From the IMG/VR virus record IMGVR_UViG_3300045988_181536, positions 32,001 to 96,000 of that record: a DNA stretch of 64,000 nucleotides; one strand, given 5' to 3'. The position numbers were made by a program, and so were the translations under genes. This DNA comes from a virus. Below are positions 9,119-18,859 of the stretch, in pieces. Position 1 is the first letter of the stretch, and each line of letters starts with the position of its first letter. The notes below the pieces were generated by a model. That model saw only the letters and a list, made by a program, of their open reading frames with translations, ran no database searches and was not told the origin of the DNA.

Positions 9119-12064
9119 ATGGCTTGCCTTACTTGGTCAGAATATTGCAACAAATTTGCGGATTCGGGAATTTTTGATCCGGAAAATTATGCGCCGGCAA
9201 GTAGTGGTGAACCCTCGAATGTGTATTTAAAAGACTCTCCTGCATATCTTGGATATAAAAATGAGTTAGCTCCTATTCAATTAGATCAAAATGATGTGAT
9301 ATACATGGCACGGGATATTGTTAGCGGAGATTTTTTTCTTGGCTTGCCGGATGATTTAATTAACGGAAATAAAGGAGGAAATTACGCTCAATATTTAGAA
9401 AATATGTTAAGGCTGTGCAAGCCTATAACAATAACTTCTGATGTATCCGGTTGCAAATGTTTCACCATGACAGCTGTGCCTGCGCCATCAATAACTCCAA
9501 TAACTTTTACGGATTATTTTTATACAAAAGAACAAGTGTTTAGCAATATACCTAATATCGGCATATTATTATATTATAACGGCAGAGAATATGATACCTA
9601 TGTAGATATATTGGCTAAGTCTCCAACCGGAGACGACTACACATGGCATGATCGCATAACTATGGTTTCACAAAGCGATTTGTCTAATATTCCAAATAAT
9701 TATTATGACATTTTGCCTAATTATTGGCTTAGGATGTTTTCATTTGATTCGGAAATTGATAGGCTTATACCTGAAGATAACACACGAAGATTAAATAGCA
9801 ATATAGTACGAGCACCTATAAATGCCAATATGGTAAAAGCTCGCATGATGGGAGACGGTTTAAACTTCAATTTACAATTTGAAACAACTGGAATAAATGC
9901 GCAATATGGCGCAGCATCTCCCATGATGAATGCGGCTTTGGCCAATTTCTCTGAATCCTTTGATGCAGGGCAACAAAGAATGGCAGCGGCATTTAAGAAT
10001 TTAGAGTCGGTAACAAACAATTTTAAATCTGCACAAGGAGATCCTTGTTCAAATGATTTATTTATGGTTGCAAGACACGTTGAACCAGATGAGGATCAGG
10101 CTGTTAGATTTATCTGCGGAGTTTCTGCATTCCGGGGGCCGTTAACTATTTCCTTTGGTCCGTCACGTGCAGATTTAACTATGGTCAAGAACACCTTTGA
10201 CTGGATATATAGCACATTAAAAGCTGATTGTAATGGATCAAGTGATTTAAATATTTTAACTTTAACGGATCCCACCGATATGTGTTACTTTTATCAAGAC
10301 AGTGATACAGTACCATGTTGTCAGGAAGTCGATATGTATATGTCTCCTTCAGGAAGCACCACAGGCTGGAATGATAGTGAACTTTGGTCTGCATACAGCA
10401 AGTTTGATATTGAAGGATGGACGCCTCCTGCCGATTGGGATTATGATGGTTTAGTAGTATTTCGAAAGTCTTATGTGCATCGAGTTTTAAGTTCAGATAT
10501 ACTACTCCGTAGATTAGTTGTCAGTGACAATTTATTTTCTGCAATTGAGGAATGTTTTCAAAATTTAGTTAATGATTATTGCGAAGGAGAAAAACCTTCT
10601 CCTGGAGGGGGAGGGGAAGAAGAGCAATGTCCTACAAGAGATTATTCTTATGTTTGGTCAGGATGTAATGTAAATATTAATGATCCAATAACATTTGTAA
10701 ATTCAGAATATGGTGCTCTGGCGAAGATACCCGCTGCAGCGCAAGCTTTAATTAATTGTCAAAGTTTACCGGAATCTGTAAGCACCTGTAGTGGATTATC
10801 GGAAATAGAAGAATATCAAGGTTTAATTATTGCTCGTGATTTAACCTCATACAATATTGAAGCAACTTGCAATTGTCCTGAAGGACAATCTTGTGATTGC
10901 GGCATGCAGGGATCAGCTTATACTTTGGATGAATGTTGTTATGAGGGTGGTGTAACGGGTGGGCAGACTTGGGATCCAGATACAGGTACCTGTGTGTCTG
11001 GGGGAGGAGTTCCATGGAATGAGTATACTCCTTGCGACGTTATGCAATACTCGCAATCTCCATACTGCCAAATAAATGTTACAACAGAACATATTTATGA
11101 TGTAGTTAAACAATTTTATCAAGAAAATTATCCGCCTCATCCAAGTAAATGTCTTTATTCCACTATTGCTTCAGGAGGATCATTTGGAGCAAGTTATGAA
11201 ATACCATTTTTAAATTATAGATGGGATGAGGAGTTAAATAATTATTTATACTCAACAAGTTCTACGGATTACGGTGATATAGAATTTGATCCAAATAAAG
11301 ATCCGACCCAAAATCCCAACGATGATGGATCTGGAAATGGTGGTGAATCTCATCCTCAAAAAGGCGGTGGTGGCGGAGGATCTGGTGGATCGGATTATCC
11401 ACGAACACCAGGAGTATATCATCGATCAGCCTTGATGGGAACATCCTACGAGCAAGAACCCCCTGGTCCAGATGGTACTCCTGGCAGATTGATTAAAGTT
11501 ACTAAGCAAGTAGGTTGGAAATCTTGGAATAAATGCGCACAACTTGGTTGGGCACGATGGTCATTTGGGAGTAATATTACAAATCCCCCAGAGATGAGCG
11601 TGGCATATTGCGACCACATAAATGGGCAAGATTCTTATCAACCTGGTCGTGATTACGCATGGGATCCAGGCTTAAGTTTTAGAAGTAAACCTATTTTATG
11701 TTGTTTACCTCCAGGGGGTTCAGCAGTTTGTGGCCCTGGAGAAACTTATCAATTACACTTAACCCAAGATCCAAATAATCCTTACAACGAAGTTGATACA
11801 AGCACTTGGCAATTGTCGGGTTCTTTTCAACTTTCATCTGATTTAACTTATGCCTACATTCATGGCAGTGCTGTTTTGGGCATACCTTCTCTCCATGGTA
11901 CGGTTACTTATCAAGACACATCGGGCGGGTATTTTATGGCACCGGATGGTAGCGGTATGGTTTCTGTAGACGTAAGGGATTGTCAAAATGGAACATGTGG
12001 CTCGGTATCTTGTGTAATTAATGTTCAGCCAAGTTATAATCTACGAAATGTGTATCCTACTTAA
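9119..12064 (+). CDS. Cys/Gly-rich large virion protein
   Basis: 981 aa. Contains a poly-Gly linker (KGGGGGGSGGSDYPRTPG), a collagen-like PPGPDGTPG stretch and Cys clusters (CNCPEGQSCDCGMQG). Confidence 0.45.
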   Translation: MACLTWSEYCNKFADSGIFDPENYAPASSGEPSNVYLKDSPAYLGYKNELAPIQLDQNDVIYMARDIVSGDFFLGLPDDLINGNKGGNYAQYLENMLRLCKPITITSDVSGCKCFTMTAVPAPSITPITFTDYFYTKEQVFSNIPNIGILLYYNGREYDTYVDILAKSPTGDDYTWHDRITMVSQSDLSNIPNNYYDILPNYWLRMFSFDSEIDRLIPEDNTRRLNSNIVRAPINANMVKARMMGDGLNFNLQFETTGINAQYGAASPMMNAALANFSESFDAGQQRMAAAFKNLESVTNNFKSAQGDPCSNDLFMVARHVEPDEDQAVRFICGVSAFRGPLTISFGPSRADLTMVKNTFDWIYSTLKADCNGSSDLNILTLTDPTDMCYFYQDSDTVPCCQEVDMYMSPSGSTTGWNDSELWSAYSKFDIEGWTPPADWDYDGLVVFRKSYVHRVLSSDILLRRLVVSDNLFSAIEECFQNLVNDYCEGEKPSPGGGGEEEQCPTRDYSYVWSGCNVNINDPITFVNSEYGALAKIPAAAQALINCQSLPESVSTCSGLSEIEEYQGLIIARDLTSYNIEATCNCPEGQSCDCGMQGSAYTLDECCYEGGVTGGQTWDPDTGTCVSGGGVPWNEYTPCDVMQYSQSPYCQINVTTEHIYDVVKQFYQENYPPHPSKCLYSTIASGGSFGASYEIPFLNYRWDEELNNYLYSTSSTDYGDIEFDPNKDPTQNPNDDGSGNGGESHPQKGGGGGGSGGSDYPRTPGVYHRSALMGTSYEQEPPGPDGTPGRLIKVTKQVGWKSWNKCAQLGWARWSFGSNITNPPEMSVAYCDHINGQDSYQPGRDYAWDPGLSFRSKPILCCLPPGGSAVCGPGETYQLHLTQDPNNPYNEVDTSTWQLSGSFQLSSDLTYAYIHGSAVLGIPSLHGTVTYQDTSGGYFMAPDGSGMVSVDVRDCQNGTCGSVSCVINVQPSYNLRNVYPT

Positions 12065-12078
12065 CTATTTAGATAGAT

Positions 12079-12882
12079 ATGAATAATGCGACAACATTTT
12101 TAGAGACTCATTCACCGTTAAATTTTTTAGCGTATACTAAACCTATTGGAATTGAGGATAGCGTGTTTTACTTAAACCCTCAATTATCTTTTTATGATGC
12201 AAGTTTGATTTTAAGTAATTTAGTATTTCGTGATCCTAATTTTTTAAAATTAGAAGAGATAATAGAAAGAATTTTACCTGATATAAAAATTAAGTCTTTA
12301 GTATTTAATTTTCAAAAAGATAAAACAAACGAACTTTCTTATTTATTCTTTTTAAATCATATATTTTTTGGAGATAATTTAGGCTTTCCGTTATGTCCTC
12401 AACCTGTTGTACAACAGATTCAATCAGTTTATGAATCTTTAATTGATTCTTTAAAAATAGCTACGGTAACCAAGCGCATGTGTTTGTTGTCTTTGAATTT
12501 TAACTTAGGTAAAAAAGATCAAATCTTAGATTATTATTATACTCAAGCTAAAGATATTTGCAAAAGTTATTGGAGTTTAAATGAGGAGAAAACAATTGAA
12601 TCTATTTCATTAGAGCAATTAGCTAAACATTATGTTGCTATTTTAGCTGATAAGATATTTTATAACCCAATATATCGAAATATTTTATCCGGCATAGCAA
12701 TAGTAAATGGAGAAGCAGCAGAGGTATCTCAGACTTTTCAATATCCAGCCTTAATGACGTTATTTAATTGGATGTCTAAATTATCTCGCAGAGGTATGCA
12801 AAAATTATTGCAAGACATGGACAATAAATATCATTTAGAAGTAAAGGATGAAAATGCAGATAAAATTATATTTAAACAATAA
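12079..12882 (+). CDS. hypothetical protein
   Basis: 267-aa ORF. Confidence 0.4.
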   Translation: MNNATTFLETHSPLNFLAYTKPIGIEDSVFYLNPQLSFYDASLILSNLVFRDPNFLKLEEIIERILPDIKIKSLVFNFQKDKTNELSYLFFLNHIFFGDNLGFPLCPQPVVQQIQSVYESLIDSLKIATVTKRMCLLSLNFNLGKKDQILDYYYTQAKDICKSYWSLNEEKTIESISLEQLAKHYVAILADKIFYNPIYRNILSGIAIVNGEAAEVSQTFQYPALMTLFNWMSKLSRRGMQKLLQDMDNKYHLEVKDENADKIIFKQ

Positions 12883-13519
12883 AGAAATTTCTGATAATTT
12901 AGTTGTAACATTCTTCGATGTTAAGTCAGATACTTTAAAAATTAATTTAAAAAAGGAAATTTCCAGTTTATTAGAAAATAAAACAGAAAGTTTGTTTAAA
13001 TTTATAACACCTGAGCAAGTTGAGTTTTCTAAAGTTTGGAATTTGGATATTCGTAAGTTTTTACCGATATCTTTAGCGGAAAGCTTAGAAAAAGTTTTAA
13101 ATGTCATTATTAATAACGATGAAAGTTCAATAGATAAATCTTTAGAAACTTTACTAACACAATTTAAAAAATTTATTTCCGCAGAAGATATATTGCGCCT
13201 TAAATCCATTTTTGTTAATAAACCTGAATTGTTAAAGACAGAATTAAGACAAAAGTTTTTAAGAAATTTAGTAGATAATGATTTGCGTTTAAAAAATTAT
13301 ATTTCTGCATTGTTGACAGATTTTTTAAATTTTAGATCAATTAAAACTGCAGAAGATTTGGTAAGACTCCATTCAAAGCCTATCAAAGATCTTGCTATAT
13401 TAATGTTGGAAGAGAAAGACGAAATGAAAAATCGCAAAGGATGTACAAGTTGCATGCTTAATACGATTACGAAAAAATATATGACGCTTTTAATTGAACT
13501 AAAAACCTACGCAAATTAA
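12848..13519 (+). CDS. hypothetical Lys-rich protein
   Basis: 223-aa ORF. Overlaps the previous gene end, so the start is uncertain. Confidence 0.35.
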   Translation: MKMQIKLYLNNKEISDNLVVTFFDVKSDTLKINLKKEISSLLENKTESLFKFITPEQVEFSKVWNLDIRKFLPISLAESLEKVLNVIINNDESSIDKSLETLLTQFKKFISAEDILRLKSIFVNKPELLKTELRQKFLRNLVDNDLRLKNYISALLTDFLNFRSIKTAEDLVRLHSKPIKDLAILMLEEKDEMKNRKGCTSCMLNTITKKYMTLLIELKTYAN

Positions 13520-13533
13520 GAAAGGAAAATATA

Positions 13534-13995
13534 ATGGAATTATTTGTTTTATTTATTTTAACATGGTTAATTGCCACATCATTACTTTTTACTTGGTTTA
13601 AAAGCAGTATGCCTTCGTTGGTTTTTGCTTTTTTAAAAAAATTGGGATGGAAAAGAAAAGATCCAAATTTCTGGAAAACACCCTCAGATGAATACATGTC
13701 CCCAAACAGTGAAGCAAGATCTCCACTTACATGGTCTCGCATGGACTGGGAAGGTTCAGATAAAGGCTACGAAGGATGGGCACAGACACGTTTAGGAAAT
13801 TTTTTTGGGGAACTATTAACATGTAGATATTGTTTATGTTATCATGTAGTTTTTTGGACTAATCTTTTGGTATTTATTTTTACTGGAATGATAATAACAT
13901 CTTGGAATTGGATGCTGATATTTATTTTTGCGCAACCCATCCTAGTTCATGTAATATTTAATATAGTGGAGTTTTTGGAGGGTAAACATGACTAA
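13534..13995 (+). CDS. small membrane protein
   Basis: Preceded by gaaaggaaaatataATG. Two strongly hydrophobic predicted TM segments (LFVLFILTWLIATSLLF; LVFIFTGMIITSWNWMLIFIFA). Confidence 0.45.
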   Translation: MELFVLFILTWLIATSLLFTWFKSSMPSLVFAFLKKLGWKRKDPNFWKTPSDEYMSPNSEARSPLTWSRMDWEGSDKGYEGWAQTRLGNFFGELLTCRYCLCYHVVFWTNLLVFIFTGMIITSWNWMLIFIFAQPILVHVIFNIVEFLEGKHD

Positions 13996-14764
13996 AAGTT
14001 TGGAATTATGTGTACAATTATTGTCTACAAAAGAGCAAATACCTTTTAAAGCTGTATTTGCTAACAATAAAATTATTATTCTCGTAGATGACACGGCTTT
14101 AAATATAGCTAAAGTTGCTGAAGTCGAAATGCCCAAAGGTACACAGATGCCTTCTGTTGTTTTGCCGGATGTAAAAAATAACATGGACACATCTGATGCA
14201 GTTGCCAGTACATATTCGGTTATAGCAGAGTTTCCTCCAATGCTTATAGCTCATTTGGATAAAACAATATTTAGTCTTCTATCTGATGCAGAAACTTTAT
14301 CCTGGGAACAACTAAGTGCAAAATATCCTAAACCTATTGCGGATATATTAAGCAAACGTTCGGAAAAATTACAAAAAGCCATTGAGCAATGGAAACAACA
14401 ACATCCAAATCAAAATGAATGTCCTTCTTGTATCTCAGGATCAATTAATAGGCGTTTGATTCTACAACTGTTGCCTTTTTATTACAAAAACGACTTTACG
14501 ATTATAATAGAACTAATTGATATTTTACTTAACTATGTAAATAAAGGCATAACCAAAAAAGATGTATATCAAAGCATAAAATTATCTGTAAAACATTCTT
14601 CGGATATTGCTATAAATATATTAGATAATTATCTAACAGAAATAAACAATCTAAAGTCCGGATGTACTTCTTGCGCTAAAAATGCTGTAAAGCGAAAATA
14701 TAATAATATTATTGTTGCGCAATTAAAAGAAATTTTAAAAAATCCTTCTTATGTCGAAACTTAG
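13988..14764 (+). CDS. hypothetical protein
   Basis: 258-aa ORF, 8-nt overlap with the previous gene. Confidence 0.4.
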   Translation: MTKSLELCVQLLSTKEQIPFKAVFANNKIIILVDDTALNIAKVAEVEMPKGTQMPSVVLPDVKNNMDTSDAVASTYSVIAEFPPMLIAHLDKTIFSLLSDAETLSWEQLSAKYPKPIADILSKRSEKLQKAIEQWKQQHPNQNECPSCISGSINRRLILQLLPFYYKNDFTIIIELIDILLNYVNKGITKKDVYQSIKLSVKHSSDIAINILDNYLTEINNLKSGCTSCAKNAVKRKYNNIIVAQLKEILKNPSYVET

Positions 14765-14987
14765 TCAAAAATATCAACCTAAATTTGCGTTTGATGCATC
14801 TAAAGGCGCCTTTGTGCCAACAGAAGTTAAAGCTGCAATATCTACTATTGCCGAACATTCTTTATTTGCAAAACCTAAAACATTAATGGATAAGCCTAAA
14901 ACTGCGGCTGCATTTAAATCAAAATGGGCAAAATCTACAAAACATAGCACTTGGGGAGGAAGCAGCCGCAGATGTTGTGGCAAATAG
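14751..14987 (+). CDS. small basic protein
   Basis: 78 aa, Lys/Ala-rich with a C-terminal CC motif. Confidence 0.3.
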   Translation: MSKLSQKYQPKFAFDASKGAFVPTEVKAAISTIAEHSLFAKPKTLMDKPKTAAAFKSKWAKSTKHSTWGGSSRRCCGK

Positions 14988-15045
14988 TTCTTTAAAAGGC
15001 TTGCTTTTTGCTTAAATTTTTGCTTGGGTTTTAGTTAAAAGTTCA

Positions 15046-15987
15046 ATGCCTAAAGACACTTCATATTTTGAAACAGCAGGAACCCGTCCGGTATGGGATC
15101 CTGATTTTTCGTCTTCGGAAACAGCCAGATACAATGATTATGATCAAGACAATGTAAAGGTTATTAACGAAGATCTAAATGACGATATGGAACTTTTATC
15201 CGAGATGGATAAAAATCCGGATTCGTTCATAAACGATAATCAAAAATTAACGTATGAAGAGGCTTATAGGAACTATCGTCAAAATCCAAATGTATCTAAT
15301 TTAAATAAAGTTATACATAGTTTGGGAGATACGATAAATTATTCTTTGGCTTCAAACAACGCCAGCGGGGATCCTTTGTTGGAGGCTAAGGCTAAACTAA
15401 TTACTGCAAAAGCAGTTAAGGAATTTGACCCTGGGTATAAAGTCAGTTTGCCCACCTATGTCTCTTCACAACTTCGCAAGATGACCCGCCTTGCCAGAGA
15501 TTTAAGAAATCCAATTAAGATTCCGGAAAGATATATCTATGAATCGCAAAATCTGCAACAAGCGGAAAAGGACTTTATTGAAGAGCATGGAAGAGAACCG
15601 GATTTAACGGAACTTTCTGATGAGACCGGAATGTCTATTAAAAAAATTTTAGATATTCGCAAGAAATCTTTAAAACAAGTAAGTGAGCAGCAGGGTTTTA
15701 CCAATGTTAATAATGAGGATGACTCAGCGTCATCCATTGACGAAACAGCTGTTGCAGGACCGGATTTCTTGGAAGAGGCGCAAACTTACGTATATTATGG
15801 ATTGGATCATCGCCAAAAAAAGGTTTTTGAACACTTAACGGGTTTTGGCGGTGCAAAGGTTTTATCTCCTGCACAAATTTCCCAGAAATATAAGGTATCA
15901 TTGCCTACGATATCCCGCATGGCAAAAAGATTTGCAAAAGAAATAAGTGAAAACTACGACGCATTAGAAAGTGTATACGCCTCATGA
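15046..15987 (+). CDS. phage-encoded RNA polymerase sigma factor (sigma-70 family)
   Basis: Region 2-like KAVKEFDPGYKVSLPTYVSSQLRKMTRLARDLRNPIKIPE parallels FDxxYxVxFSTYA...IR...VKVS of SigF/SigG-type sigmas. Region 3-like EHGREPDLTELSDETGMS. C-terminal HTH LSPAQISQKYKVSLPTISRMAKRFAKEI resembles region 4. Confidence 0.75.
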   Translation: MPKDTSYFETAGTRPVWDPDFSSSETARYNDYDQDNVKVINEDLNDDMELLSEMDKNPDSFINDNQKLTYEEAYRNYRQNPNVSNLNKVIHSLGDTINYSLASNNASGDPLLEAKAKLITAKAVKEFDPGYKVSLPTYVSSQLRKMTRLARDLRNPIKIPERYIYESQNLQQAEKDFIEEHGREPDLTELSDETGMSIKKILDIRKKSLKQVSEQQGFTNVNNEDDSASSIDETAVAGPDFLEEAQTYVYYGLDHRQKKVFEHLTGFGGAKVLSPAQISQKYKVSLPTISRMAKRFAKEISENYDALESVYAS

Positions 15988-16310
15988 AAATAGACGATTT
16001 TGCAAAAGCAACAATTGAAAACGTTTTAGATTTTATACAGGGAAAACCTTATAAATCTTTAAGCGAAATTGTTTCCGGAGATAATGACATTACATCTGCA
16101 GTAATGTTATTGCGAGCGGAGGCTGAAGGACTGGAAACATCTAAAGATCCTATTGAATATCAATTTGCTTTTGCATTAAAGCGAGATACCGTAAGCAGAT
16201 ATGCTTCTCGCAAACTTTTGTATAAAGCCGGATTGGACAAGAAGTTATATAATGCCAATTTAATGCAGGCTACATCGTTAATCAATAAAAAAATGAATGG
16301 AACTAATTAA
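15984..16310 (+). CDS. hypothetical protein
   Basis: 108 aa. Overlaps the stop of the sigma gene (ATGA). Confidence 0.4.
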   Translation: MKIDDFAKATIENVLDFIQGKPYKSLSEIVSGDNDITSAVMLLRAEAEGLETSKDPIEYQFAFALKRDTVSRYASRKLLYKAGLDKKLYNANLMQATSLINKKMNGTN

Positions 16311-16315
16311 TAATA

Positions 16316-16879
16316 ATGAGTGCTATACAACAATTTAAATATCTTTGCGATGTTCCAAACCCTGCAGAATCAAGCTCCCCTGTATTTAATGGGGGAGTTA
16401 AATTAAATTTTGCCAGTGCGGTTAAGCCTAATATAACCGAAGATATCACTTTTGATTTTGATAATTTGGTTTATGGTAAAGACGCTACCATCCAAGATGC
16501 GATGGTTAATATAGGAACACGGCAAGGGAGCAATCCGTTGAACGAAGATGAAGGTACAACCTTGCAAGAAGATACTTTGAATTATGCGTTAGTTAGCTCA
16601 AATTATTTAACGCATACTTGCAATTTTGCAGGATCGGATACGAAGTTTTTTGAAAATCAATCCATAGGTTCCCTGAATAATATATTAGCCGATTACTTTA
16701 ATTCCCAACAAACAACAGTGCAATCTACGGTTGAAGCAAATACGACTTATGTAAATTCTATCACGGACTTAGTAGTAACACCGTATAAATTTACCTATGA
16801 TAAAGCTATATTAACGTTGCAGTTTACGTTTGACGACCAAACCATAATCGGTGAAATTGAATTAAACGCAGAATTTTAA
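16316..16879 (+). CDS. hypothetical structural protein
   Basis: 187-aa ORF. Confidence 0.4.
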   Translation: MSAIQQFKYLCDVPNPAESSSPVFNGGVKLNFASAVKPNITEDITFDFDNLVYGKDATIQDAMVNIGTRQGSNPLNEDEGTTLQEDTLNYALVSSNYLTHTCNFAGSDTKFFENQSIGSLNNILADYFNSQQTTVQSTVEANTTYVNSITDLVVTPYKFTYDKAILTLQFTFDDQTIIGEIELNAEF

Positions 16880-16882
16880 AAA

Positions 16883-18859
16883 ATGAATTTAACAGATTAC
16901 ATATCTTCCAATACCCCAGTAGATGCTACTAAACTTCGTGAATGCGAAGATAGAATGCGTATCTTGTTAATACGCGAATTTCCGGATACCGGATTTTCGC
17001 CAAACTCCGTAGTGGGGAAATTTTTAATTGAGCGCTTTGGCAAAATTGTAGCGCAAATTGAAACGGCCTTGGAATGTGTATTGTCGGATATGGATTTATT
17101 AAATGTTATCAATGGATCTGTATGTGACTGTGATTTTGTTACGGAATTTTTACGAGGTTTGGGTGTTGACAGTTTGGTTAACGCCAACACCACCGGCACC
17201 GCACGACTATCTTTTATAAACAATGGTCCTGAGAATACCGGCACAAATCCTTATGTTATGGATAAGGGTGAGTTGCTGCAATTTAATGATAATTATATCT
17301 TTAATTATGTAACTCCTAAAAATGCCAGTATTAAAATTTATCCTTATGGTTATACCGGAGCAGTTGATACCGACAGCAATTATTTCTTTTTATCGGTATC
17401 AAATGTAGCAAACGTAGGAGAATCGGATAACAATTTTCAACCGAATTTATACTTTGTAGACATTCCGATTGTCGGTCCATCAAATGCGGAAGTTAATGCA
17501 GGTGATGAAGCGGGGATTAATGAACATTTATCTTTCTTTGATGAAGTTGAATCGGTTGTTGCTGCATATGATATTGCGCCTTATGAATCTCCTACGAATC
17601 TTGCCGAGTTAATAGCTATATTTCAAAAAATTCAACCTTCGGCTAATTTTGCTACGCGCAATAATGTAGTGTCTTTTGTTGAGCAAAAATATCCAGGAAT
17701 TGCAGGAGTGTCTCCTACAAAAGTAGGGGATATCGAAATGGTTCGTACGGATAATAATCCGTTTTATGCATATTCCCCCGCTATTGACATTTGGGTTAAG
17801 GGAGATACTACGCTTCCAACTTGCTCGGAATATTTTAAATGCTACGTGTCAACGGATGAAAACGGCGTTAATACTTTTTACGGCACAACGAAACCTAGCG
17901 ATTTAAATCCCGCAGGGGATGCCAGCAACTTGCCCACAACAGCGCAAAAAACATTTATAAGATTAAATCACTATCCCATTGCTAGCGTTAATTTAAATAT
18001 TGCGGGCGAAGATGACGATGCGTTTTCAACTTCTACGACCATTGATACTTCCACGCTAAGCGTCAAGTTAAATCAGTGTACCGCACGTAAAAGTTATACA
18101 ACCTATCCTGCTACGGTTGAATGGGTTGTTGGAAGTGGTACTACTGACAGAGAAACAGTGCATGACTATGTACCGTATCAATTTTATAATTTTTCGGATA
18201 AATATTTTACCATGGCATTTAATTTTGCAGGGTGGAAAACAGGCACTTCAGGTGTTCAAACCTATTTTAATTTTCCTGCATCATTTATAAATGCAGATTT
18301 AAGCGATTATATAACAACTGAAACCGATCCTGAAACATCCACATCTAATAGCTATATTTGGATGCGCTACGACTATCAGTATGATCCGGTAATGGAATCA
18401 TTGGATTCTTTTGTCAAAAGCCCTGCTTGCGATCCTGCAATTTCAACTGAAGTTAAGGCTTGTTACTATTATTATATTACGGATTTTACGGTCAATTACT
18501 CTAAAGAAACAAATAAATTCTTTGATAGGCAAGCAGCTATTGAACGTATTTATGACTTAATGAATAGCTTAATATATCCATTAAGTTATTCAGATGCATA
18601 TATTTCTGACATAATGGTGTCTATGGGAGCATCAGGAGTGCAAAGCATAACGCCCACTGCAACACTCATGTTGGGATGCAGTAAGGATTATTTTGATTCT
18701 TCGGGGAATAAAATTGACGGAGATACAACCACTCAAGCTGTGACAACCTTTGATCCTGCAAATATAGATTTTCGTTTAAAACTTTATGGAGCAGGGCCCA
18801 GAACAATTTCAATGATTCTGCCAAGAGAGAATATTAACCTTGTTGAAAAACTTGTTTAA
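16883..18859 (+). CDS. large virion protein (capsid or portal class not assignable)
   Basis: 658-aa ORF in the late operon. Confidence 0.45.
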   Translation: MNLTDYISSNTPVDATKLRECEDRMRILLIREFPDTGFSPNSVVGKFLIERFGKIVAQIETALECVLSDMDLLNVINGSVCDCDFVTEFLRGLGVDSLVNANTTGTARLSFINNGPENTGTNPYVMDKGELLQFNDNYIFNYVTPKNASIKIYPYGYTGAVDTDSNYFFLSVSNVANVGESDNNFQPNLYFVDIPIVGPSNAEVNAGDEAGINEHLSFFDEVESVVAAYDIAPYESPTNLAELIAIFQKIQPSANFATRNNVVSFVEQKYPGIAGVSPTKVGDIEMVRTDNNPFYAYSPAIDIWVKGDTTLPTCSEYFKCYVSTDENGVNTFYGTTKPSDLNPAGDASNLPTTAQKTFIRLNHYPIASVNLNIAGEDDDAFSTSTTIDTSTLSVKLNQCTARKSYTTYPATVEWVVGSGTTDRETVHDYVPYQFYNFSDKYFTMAFNFAGWKTGTSGVQTYFNFPASFINADLSDYITTETDPETSTSNSYIWMRYDYQYDPVMESLDSFVKSPACDPAISTEVKACYYYYITDFTVNYSKETNKFFDRQAAIERIYDLMNSLIYPLSYSDAYISDIMVSMGASGVQSITPTATLMLGCSKDYFDSSGNKIDGDTTTQAVTTFDPANIDFRLKLYGAGPRTISMILPRENINLVEKLV

